64,000 nt of DNA, taken from positions 2,852,001 through 2,916,000 of the forward strand of contig JBHGNT010000001.1 of assembly GCA_043228905.1 (NCBI GenBank), written 5' to 3'. The position numbers and the translations under genes were made by a program. Source of the stretch: Azolla caroliniana. Lineage: Eukaryota > Plantae > Polypodiophyta. The notes below the pieces were generated by a model. That model did no database searches. It saw only the letters and a program-made list of their open reading frames with translations, and was not told where the DNA came from. Below are positions 54,130 to 64,000 of the stretch, one piece after another. Numbering within the stretch: position 1 is the first letter of the stretch; each line of letters starts with the position of its first letter.

Positions 54130-54600
54130 AAAGCCTTAGTGTGGCAAAAGAAATACAAAGATTGACCAAATTTCCTTCACACAATGAACATGATTTTGCT
54201 TTATTTGCTGAAACACATTTTTACATCGATCTATCCAAATATTCCACAGAACCACCGATGATATGGTAGCCCATATTGTGGCATCCACATTCAACCGAAT
54301 TGAGCTTGAATATGGTATGTCCTTAACTTGCCTTCCGCTAGTTTGAAGAGTAAATAGTATCTTTTCCCTTTCATAATTATGCTTATCCACATTTACATCC
54401 ATCCAAAAGACATTTCCCCATGTAAGACATTTCCCCATGTAATCACGTAAAAGGCAGATTTTTTATCAATATGAAAATGACTAATGACGATTATTGAGTG
54501 GGAAATTGAGTAATGCCGAAAACTTTTAGTATATTTTAGCCATGATAATTAGAATGTAGGAGAACAAACACTCTTTCGGTGTGAGCCATTCATGCATTGG
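54130..54600 (-). mobile_element. LINE ORF2 C-terminal relic
   Basis: IWATISSVVLWNIWIDRCKNVFQ (LWxIWxxRxxxxF motif). Confidence 0.65.
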
Positions 54601-54771
54601 ATAAAAAAGACATCAATGTGAATACAATTGGTCCTTGTTATTTTATTATGACCCAAAGTTTCACAATGTGTGGCTATCCACAAACAAACTTGTTGATGTC
54701 AATCAAACACCTCAATAATGTGCTTAGGCACAATGAACAAAAGCATCTAAACAAATCATTCATGACATGAT

Positions 54772-54807
<36 letters not shown>

Positions 54808-55460
54808 CATGTGTGTGAGAGAAAGAGAGTCGAAATTTGAGTTTAGGAAAAAGACAACTATTGGCTAACAACTTCAATAACTATATTGCTCTATTTTTTG
54901 GCCAAATTATCTGAGATGTGAATGAGTTTGTAAGTTGTAACAACTTTGAAAGGAAGATAATGGATGAGTAGCAACTTGAGTAGGAGTTGGATTGTTTATT
55001 ACAATATGAGAAGCATAACGAGATTATATGGTGAGTTTAGAGATTGACAAAATTGAACACATTATATTCGGTTTTGAATTTGCCAAAAATTGAGCAAAAT
55101 GCACGGGCATGTACATAATCAACCCACAAACAGAACAATTTAAATTGCACTATAACAAGCATATTTTTTAATGGCAAAAAAAGTTGCATTCATGAATCAA
55201 TCAAAAGACAATTTGGTTACAAATTATACGATATATTGCCCTAGGAGAATGCATCTCCACCGAGAGTTGTTGACCATTTGTTATAACTAAAAAGTTCATC
55301 AAGTTGATGAAACAGAGACACGGTACATTGTCCCAAGATTGCATTGTGGCCAATCATCATTGAGGCCATTATCATATGATCATGCTAGGCGCAATAGGGT
55401 GATAAACAAATATCTACACACCTTAAAAACATTGCCAATTAACATATGGATAATATGATA

Positions 55461-55775
55461 TCAAGGGTAATGACATGCAAACTTATAGGTAACATGATCA
55501 AGGAGATGAATAATGGGTAAGCAAACCATGTCTATGCACACGAAGTAGATTATTATATAATAGTGCGTCCAGAACGCATACACAAGTTGTGCATAACACA
55601 TACTCAAACCGTGTTCATTATTTGAGCGAATAGATTGATCATCTATTTTTGTTAGGCATCGTAGGTAGGGATTGAGGAGACCATACATTGTCACGAGATC
55701 CTTTTCATTTTTTTGACCATTAATGACAAGATTCTTGTAGAAATGAAGGATACATATTGTTGCCGAGATTGGCAA
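55461..55775 (-). mobile_element. Possible degenerate Ty1/copia RT relic
   Basis: DLVTMYGLLNP..CLTKID...IIIYFVCIDM weakly resembles LxKSLYGLKQ..W..KID...LYVDD. Confidence 0.3.
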
Positions 55776-57055
55776 AGCGCCTTCCCTTCATACTTTGATG
55801 TAGGGAACCACTTCTTCATTAATAGTAAGCATCTTTGGCTAAGTCTCCCTAGTTTGTTTGCAAGCTAAGCTCTTTTCATATGATGATTGATCCCCTTGTG
55901 CTCATCACCAGCATTTTCTTCCTTTACGAGGGACAAGCTTTGTTTTCCGTTCATCATCAAATGTCAAAAGCTCCATAATGATCACGACATTAACACTTGA
56001 AGCAATGGATAATATCGTTTGTATGCAAGACATGCCTAAGATACACGAGGGAGGTGGGGTGAACCATGTGTGGATCATATGGTCATGCGGACTGAGTGTA
56101 ACGACGCATGGGTAAAGCAAGACCCATGTGTAGAATTGTTTTGTGGTGGTGGAGCAATGCTTCAGGTTCGGATTTATCAGTGATGGGTCACGAGCAAATG
56201 TCGAGGAGATCTGGAGGAGGTTGTTACGAACCAGGCAAGTGGACGAGATGTGATTGGTTGGAGGCGAGAAGCAGGCACTGGACTGGGTGGACAAACACAC
56301 TTGCCCGCCCGCCCACGCATCGGTGATAACACACGACACGAGGCTTTGTCTAGAGATGAGACGGTAGGGACAGGTGACAGACAAGACACAACACAACACT
56401 ACATTGGTGAGCCCAATGAGAGAGCACATGCATGATGAGGAGGAGGCAAACCGTGTGTGTTCGTGTGTACATACCCTAAATGGAAGACCGAAAAAGGAAA
56501 AAAGAAAAAGAAAAAGAAAGAAAGAAAAAACAGATATTTCATCTCTTAGTCCTGGAAAGGTATTTTGAAATAAATTATTTGTGGTGTTGTTCTGCTGCAC
56601 TTTCTCTTTCTCTGCAGAAAACAGAGACACAAAAAGAGATGGGGAAGGGGAAGGGGGCAGACACGGAGATGAATGACAGACAGACAAACTGAATCCATTG
56701 GTGTGTACATACAATACTCTGCTACTGCATTTTCACTTTCTAATTTCTCACATATACCCCCCTTTTCATTCATCCCGTTCATCCTTTTTCCATCAATTTC
56801 TAGTAAACCCCCTCCCTGATTTCTTCCTCAAATCTACCTGCATTTTACCCACACAACCCCCCCCCCCCCTCACCCTCAATTCTTCCTTCCTCGTGCTAAA
56901 TTCTCCATGCGCAGGAAAAAGATCCCTAATCTTATTAAGAATGGAAGAAGCCTTAGGTTAAAACAAACCCCCCTAAAGTTTTCAAAGAACTGGTGATGAA
57001 ACCCTAAGCCCTACCTACAATTCTTCTTTCTAGTAAAAGCAAAATCAAAACAACA

Positions 57056-59747
57056 ATGGCCATTAATCCTGACCCTAATTCCTCCTCAAATACAGAGGAA
57101 ACACCATCGCCACCTCCATCATCCAATATCGGCATAAAATGGTGGGGTTTTGTCTCCGCCTTATGGGTCCAATGTGTCTCTGGGAACAACTATACTTTCT
57201 CCAACTACTCCGTGGAATTGAAGGCAGTTCTTGGTTGCAATCAAGTAGAATTAAACGGGTTGAGTTCAGCGAAAGATGTGGGTAAAGCGTTCGGTGTCTT
57301 TGCAGGAATTCTTTCTGATTATTTCCCACCTTGGTCGATACTTCTCATTGGTTCGATTGAAGGTTTGGTCGGCTATGGCGTCCAATGGCTCGTTATTAGC
57401 CAACGTATCTCGCCCCTTCCTTATTGGTTGGTATGTCCGTCTCTGTAAGATAATATGATGCTTTCCAAGTTATTACTTCTACTATATGTAAATGATTTTA
57501 TCTTTAAGTGGTTACAAAAATGGTTTATTTAAGTTTTTTTTTGTGCCTTCCATTAAATGATTTTATCTGTAAGTGATCACAAAAAATGGTTTATTCAAGC
57601 ATTTTTTGCGCCTTCCATCAAATGATTTTAATCTTGAAGCGGTCACAAAAATGGTTTATTCAAGCTTGCTTTTTCTGTGCTTTCCATTAAATGATTTGAA
57701 CTTGAAATGGTCATAAAAATGGTTTATTCAAGCTTTCTTTTGTGCCTTCCATTAAATGATTTGATCTTTAAGTGTTCACAAAAATGGTTTATTCAAGCTT
57801 CTTTTTGTGCCTTCCATTAAATGATTAGATCTTGAAGTGATCACAAAAATGGTTTATTCAAGCTTCTTTTTGTTGTGCCTTCCATTAATCCATGGGCTGC
57901 AGGAGGATTTGGTGTGTTTATATAAAATTGTCTTGTGTTTTGTGGACAGATGTGTGTGGTGATGTGCATGGGTGGGAACAGTACAACATGGATGAACACA
58001 GCAGTGCTGGTGACCTGCGTCCGGAACTTCCGGCGGAACCGGGGGCCGGCGGCAGGCATCCTCAAGGCCTACATTGGATTAAGCACAGCCATATTCACGG
58101 ACCTCTGCGCGGCTCTCTTCACGGGGAATGCCTCCACCTTCGTGCTGATGCTAGCCATCCTCCCCCTCGCAGTATGCGTGATCGCCATGTTCTTGCTTCG
58201 CCCCATCCCTGACACCACCATCGGCACGGCCCCTCCCAGACAAGAAGAAGAGAGAGAGGAGTCCCGGTGCTTTGCCTTCCTCAACTCCGCCGCCATAGTC
58301 TTGGCCATCTATCTCCTCGCCTTCGATCTAAGCGGTGTCAGCAATGATGTCGTCCTCAAGCTAGTGGCGGCAGGGATTGTTGTTCTCTTGGTCTGCCCTG
58401 CAGTGCTTCCCATCTACTTGACCCTCAAAATGTCTGCTAGGAAGAAGCATGGCCATGGTTCAGAAGAAGAAACAACCACCAATGGTGCCGGCTTGGAAGA
58501 GCCTTTGTTGAAGAATCCTTCTACTGTTGAGGCCAAGGAAGATGAACGTGATGAAGAGAACGATGTGGCCATATCTCAGAGCGGTGCAGTATCGGTTCCG
58601 GTTCCGGAAGAGATGGATGAAGCATCATTGCCAAAGAAGAAGAAGAAGAAGAAGCAGATTGGAGAGGATCACACTGTCTTGGAGGCTCTCCAGACTGTGG
58701 ATTTTTGGTTGCTCTTTTTCTGCTTCTTGTGTGGTGTGGGAACTGGAATGGCTGTGAGCAACAACATGGGCCAGATCGGCGAGTCGCTCGGCTACTCGAG
58801 CGTGTCTATCTTTATATCCATGATTAGCATCTGGGGATTTTTCGGCCGGCTGGGCTCGGGGGCATTGTCGGAATGGCTGATTCGGTAAGTAAAACCATCT
58901 AGAGTCCCTAAAATGTTTAACCAAAAATCTCTTTGAAACTCTGTGATTCTGACAGCATTCTTTCCTGAGATGAGTGAGAGTGCAAATAAAAGTTACAGGT
59001 GTAAAATCTGGAGTTTTAGGGGTTTGATCCAAATCCATTTTGGTACTGGAACTAATCAAAAGCTTAATGTTGAGGGAGTTTTATTTAGGCTTTGATCCGA
59101 ATCCATTTTGGTACTGGAACTAATCAAAGGCTCAAATTTTTGAGGGAGTTTTATTTAGGGTTTGATCCGAATCCATTTTGGTACCGGAACTAATGAAAAG
59201 CTTAATGTTGAGGGTTTGTTTTGATCCAAACTGACTAGCTTCTCTTTGCTTCATGTGTTGTAGGTGGAAGGGGATCCCGAGGCCAGCATTGCTTGCGGCC
59301 TCGCAACTGGTCATGGTGGGCGGCTACGCATTATTGGCCCTGGGCATAAGCGGGTCGCTCTTCGTGGGCAGCATTGTGGTCGGGATTTGTTACGGAGTCC
59401 GGCTAGCAGTTTCGGTGCCGACAGTATCGGAGCTTTTTGGCCTCAAGGTCTTCGGCCTCATGTATAACCTCCTCATCCTCAACCTCCCGCTTGGCTCATT
59501 CCTATTCTCGAGCCTCCTGGCCGGGTTCCTGTATGACCGAGAGGCGGCCAAGGACGGCTCGTCCACGACATGCGTAGGCGTCCACTGCTACCGTGTGGTG
59601 TTTATTGTGATGGCGGGTGTTTCCGTGCTCGGCTTCTTCCTCGATGTGCTCCTCACGCTTCGCACGCGGGTGCTCTATGCGTCTATCCAACGCTCGAAAC
59701 TCGCATCATCAGGCGGGGGAAGCTCCTCCCCAAAGAGAAGCCATTAG
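57056..59747 (+). CDS. NFD4-like: Nodulin-like MFS transporter (NUCLEAR FUSION DEFECTIVE 4-like), 3 exons, ~597 aa
   Basis: Exons 57056-57430, 57950-58884 and 59264-59747. Motifs: KWWGFVSALWVQCVSGNNYTFSNYS, AKDVGKAFG, GGNSTTWMNTA, GEDHT, NNMGQIG, SELFGLK..YN, CVGVHCY. Confidence 0.95.
57490..57888. repeat. Intronic minisatellite, ~6 copies of a ~65-bp unit
   Basis: AAATGATTT...AAGTG.TCACAAAAATGGTTTATTCAAGCTT(T)nGTGCCTTCCATT repeated; fills most of NFD4-like intron 1. Confidence 0.95.
59007..59230. repeat. Intronic minisatellite, ~3.3 copies of a ~70-bp unit
   Basis: GGAGTTTT..TTAGG.TTTGATCC.AATCCATTTTGGTAC.GGAACTAAT.AAA repeated in NFD4-like intron 2. Confidence 0.93.
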
Positions 59748-61969
59748 CCATGTGCTCCCTCTACCGGGCAAAATGGCATGGGCGCAAAGCTCCGGTTAAG
59801 AGTTCCAAGTTCTGATCGGATCGACCATCACATTCAACAGATGGAATAATTTTTTGCCAAGAGTTTACCATTGGCTTGCTTTGAGAGATTTGTAGAAGAA
59901 GCAGAAGCAGAAGACAACATTCCCTTTGAATGTTTTAAGACAACATTCCCTTAGAGAGAAAAAAACAAAGATTTTCCAAATGAATTGAGAAAAATGAATT
60001 ACTATTTGGGAGGGGTATGCACTATTTGCCACCTCTGTTTTAATTAATAATATTGAGCCAAAAAGAAACAAAGCATATACTATATCCTTGACAGCAACTT
60101 AGCAAGGAAATAACGTTTAGTTCCAATCCATCACTGTTATGTTATTCCCACTGTAAGACGGTTTTTAATTGTTGGAAATTGGTGAGCACGCCTTTTATGT
60201 TGCTAGTGTTTGATCCATGTCCAATCAATCACATGCAACCATCAAAGTTTCATCAATTCCTGAATCCATGTGCCATGCATGGTGAGAGGTTATTGAGATA
60301 CTTATTGAGACATTCCAATTTATTGACACTCAAGTATGAGTGTGTGTGCATGTATCCTAATGTATTATTGTGTATGGTAAGTTTTACCCCCGGGGAAGAA
60401 TTATGTATGAACATCATTGTCCTAGGTCCATACTTGCATCACATTGAGTGCATAGAAAATACAATGAGTTATGCTTAACTATCAACTATACTTAACTTCC
60501 ATCATATACTCACTTCGCCTTGAAAATGCACTACAATGTAACCCCCTATAAGTAGAGTAATTATGTTCGTACGAACAGCACGACAAAATCACCATGTTTG
60601 CTTAGAGAAATGTTTGAATGTTGTCCAATTGTGCATCTTATGCATTGTACGTATGACAAGTAGATATCATACATTTGTCTCAAATCCAAGGAGTGTGATT
60701 TGATTATCAAGCCTATCTATTATTACGCTATTCATGCTATAAAGAAAAAATATGGATCCCCCAATTTACATGTGAAGCAATGTGAATAGAAGGTGCAAGC
60801 ATATGAAATTTTTACAAATTATGTTCATCACCACAACCTTATTTTACACAGATAATTATGATACCCTCCGTATTTATCCCTGATAGAATTGCTTGTGATA
60901 TTTTCCCTTGTATCATTATGGAAAACTTTATCAACTTTAGCTTGTTTTGGTTCTACGTAATGGCAAATATCTTCTCAACAATCCACAATCCACAATATAC
61001 AGACGTCAATAATAAATAGACACGGGACATGTTTTTTGCCTTTTTGAGGGCTAAGTGGGTTACTTTGATGATGGGCAAGTTCCCATTTGTACAAGATATG
61101 ACATCGTAAAGCAATCTTGACACCTATGCTTTGCTCAATATTCTTGTCCATAATAATCGATGTTTCAAACTTTTATGATCTCCCTTGTGATAGATTCTAG
61201 GCTAAATAATGAGATCTATTGCCAAATCATGAGATAAAGTAGATGTGAGTAGTGACTCACATTCCACTTGTATTTAATATAAGTACGAAAAAAAGTATTC
61301 ATCAATGCCATATATTATACTCTCATTTTACACATTGAACAATGTACTAAACTAAAAAGAATCATTTTGTATGTTAAAAACAATGGTAAAGGAGTTCACA
61401 ATTAACATGGTGAGGGCACTATACTATATAAACTTGGCAATGTGCATTGTTTCCAAAGCAATTTTAACTTTGTGACACTTGCTCATGGCAACATTTGATG
61501 ACATAATATATGCATAGTAGAAAATCTCAGCCTCTTTTATTTCTTATATATACATATAGCAATGTATTGATGACTACAACCATACGTTAAAAAATACACG
61601 TAAACCACTCCTAAAAGAAACCAACCCACGCAATTTGCATTTTGATGTGTGAAAAGCTTTCAAAAAATTGACACCCCATAATGATATCACATATGTACCA
61701 CAAAACTCTCAAATCCATGTGAGATCATCAATGAATGATGAGTGAGTGGGCAACATATACATATGTTAGTTCAAGGTGTTCTCTTTCAAGTAAGGACTTG
61801 CATACAAACATCGTGGGGCCTTTCCTACAAATAGGTATTCCCAAGTTGCTTCAATTTCCATCAATCGGAACACGGCCAAAGTCGATGCGCTCAAATGAGT
61901 GAGTACTTGGCTATGTTTGCATGATATGCTTGTAAATAGATCATCATAAGATTACATATCAAGCAACTT

Positions 61970-62041
61970 GCTTCCATAGCATAGTGGTATTGCGTTCGCT
62001 TCGTAAGCGAAAGGTCGCGAGTTCAATCCTCGCTGGGAGCT
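61970..62041 (+). tRNA. trnT-CGU: tRNA-Thr (anticodon CGT), nuclear, intronless
   Basis: Acceptor GCTTCCA/TGGGAGC, anticodon arm TTCGC-TTCGTAA-GCGAA (CGT 62002-62004), T arm GCGAG-TTCAATC-CTCGC, upstream CAA, downstream T-run at ~62057. Confidence 0.95.
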
Positions 62042-63212
62042 ATGTAAAGTGGTGTCTTTTGTTCTTTCCTTTATGTGAATGAACTCTTTTATATGCTTTA
62101 AAACAGTCACTCATATAGATAGATAGAGTTGGTGCTCATTTAACAAAATATTTTATTTTTCCGGCTACTTCCATTCTAATATTTTGTAATTAGAGAATGT
62201 TAGGAAATTTGCTACACGTACATATCTATTTCAATGGATATGCAACCTAGCCTCACTTAAGACAAGACACTCAATCATCATAAGAAATATGAACCAAAAT
62301 GAGATGGCGATGTCAGGCGCAATGCTAGTTTTCTAAAGACCATTGTAAGTGCAATTTTTTATGTCTATCATCGAGACATAAACAAACTTTCAAGTTGATA
62401 TATAACAACATGTTTGTTTGAAAAGGCGTCACAAGTGTCAATGATGTGATGCGTGTTAATATTGCAACATACTGATTTGTTAGAAGGACTGATGTTTACC
62501 TTAGATCTTGAAGCATACAACATATTGTAAAGGAAGCAAAGGTTTCAATCATTTGTTCATGAAGTTACTTCTCTTTAAGTTCTAGTTGCTTATGAGTTTT
62601 TGTGCACCACAAAATCTGCATCTTGCAACATTATTTCATTGAGTGCCTATCTCAAGGGCCGCATATATATATCAAATAATACCTTGAGCAACGAAAATTG
62701 GCCAAGATAATATTGTAGATGTTATGCTTTTGCAAAACAATCAAATTTTATTGATGTGCAATGTATGTTTTTTCTCTTGTTTAAGCATTAAAACCTCAAA
62801 AATCAAATTGGTAATACACAATATTCAAGTCATTCATCTAAGGAAGAACTGACATGCGTGTTAAGGGTTGTTGGCCAAACGAGCTAATTTTACTTGCCCA
62901 TGTTCTCTAGAACCTCAGTCATTAAGTTGTACTAGACATATAATTAGTGAACTTTTCATGTTATTGTAGCATATCATTAAACATTCTTAGATTAGTTTAT
63001 GAGTATATAAAAATTTTGATCCTCTGGCTTCTCAGCCTTATTTTGAGCATCACAAATTGACAGCTGCTGCCATTCATGGAATTCCATCCTAGAAGATATA
63101 ATATCCAAAGAACTCAATTTATGTTGTGATGAAGTTAGTCTTACTAATGATGATATGAATTCTTGGTGTTATTGCCTTTCAATAGGAAAAAATAAATTCT
63201 TCATATTCATTG

Positions 63213-64000
63213 TCATGCTGCATCTAAATGTTCATATTCATCTATCAACACACAATGTACAAGTTGTCTTTGAGCTTGTTTTCCAATTCTCATTACCTCA
63301 ACTAGCTTAGCCTCAGCCTCCATTCGAGCATCCATATAGATGTTAGACATACATACATAAGGGGCTGAGTCCTTCTCATCCAAGCTTATTGCATGTTCAA
63401 ATGCTTGCCTACCCAGTTTCACATTGCCCCAGTTCCTACAAGCCCCTAAGATGACCAACCAGATCACAAAGGTAGGATGGATTGGCATTTTCTGAACTAT
63501 TGTCAAAGCTTCTTCGATGAGTCCCGATCGTGCCAATGTATCAATTAGACATGCAAATTGTTCAAGCGTTGGTGTAAAATCATGACTTTTGTCAATAGTT
63601 TTGAAACATATCATTGCAACATCCACTAAACCTGCATGACTACATGCATTGAGAATGCTGACGAATGTGATACAATCTGGAGTTACATTGTCCAATCTCA
63701 TTCTCTCAAGCATATCAAACACATCGTCATTCTGCCCGAGTTGTGCATAACCAGCAATAACTGTTGTCCATGACACAATATCTCTAACCTGAAGTTTGCC
63801 AAAGACATTTTCTGCTTCTGGAAGCATACCACACTTGGCATACATGTCAATTAATGTGTTTCCAACCAAAAGCTCATTTTCCAATCCTTGTTTAGCAATA
63901 TCAATATGCATTTCTTGTCCCTTAGCAATAACTTCAATACTATTACAAGCTTTCAAGATGCAGACTAATGCTACTGGACCTAAATATATGCACTGACATT
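63213..64000 (-). CDS. PLS-class pentatricopeptide repeat protein, E subgroup (3' part; runs off window)
   Basis: Frame open to the window edge. Motifs: GNTLIDMYAKCG, DIVSWTTVIAGYAQ, TFVSILNACSHAGLV, then E-domain WLVILGAC..YVCMSNIY; no DYW domain before the stop. Confidence 0.88.
   Translation of the reverse strand, partial: CQCIYLGPVALVCILKACNSIEVIAKGQEMHIDIAKQGLENELLVGNTLIDMYAKCGMLPEAENVFGKLQVRDIVSWTTVIAGYAQLGQNDDVFDMLERMRLDNVTPDCITFVSILNACSHAGLVDVAMICFKTIDKSHDFTPTLEQFACLIDTLARSGLIEEALTIVQKMPIHPTFVIWLVILGACRNWGNVKLGRQAFEHAISLDEKDSAPYVCMSNIYMDARMEAEAKLVEVMRIGKQAQRQLVHCVLIDEYEHLDAA

Noticed and set aside
55905-56714. 269-aa minus-strand ORF as a gene
   Set aside because: No recognisable domain, low-complexity composition, and it overlaps the probable promoter of the NFD4-like gene.
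57490-57888. CRISPR-like array
   Set aside because: The whole unit is repeated with drift and there are no spacers; it lies within a spliceosomal intron.
60500-61300. Copia RNase H relic
   Set aside because: Only a faint TCEAM..YTDN resemblance; too weak to call.

Overview
Eukaryotic land-plant nuclear DNA (AT-rich, GT-AG introns, many microsatellites). The PPR and LINE types suggest a fern or another seed-free plant, which is inference only. Five intact spliced genes can be modelled by eye: a CFL1-like WW/zinc-ribbon protein (+), a SINA/SINAT E3 ligase (-), a PSI1-like DUF3475/DUF668 protein (+), AAE14/MenE OSB-CoA ligase ending in PTS1 SRL (+), and an NFD4-like nodulin/MFS transporter (+). 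There is also the 3' part of a PLS-E PPR gene (-, cut by the window edge) and a tRNA-Thr(CGT). Features the ORF track misses: an MLO (clade I-like) pseudogene with 12-13 recognisable exons at ~23.2-25.9 kb; a mosaic of plastid-derived fragments (psaB, trnA-UGC plus group II intron, rrn23 split by a ~170-bp hairpin) and two echoes of the gene's own exon ends inside SINAT intron 1; a 708-bp non-autonomous hAT element with TIRs, 8-bp TSD and BED-finger relic; several LINE relics; and many intronic tandem duplications. No CRISPR or prokaryotic system is supported. All homology calls are from memory of family motifs; no database searches were run.
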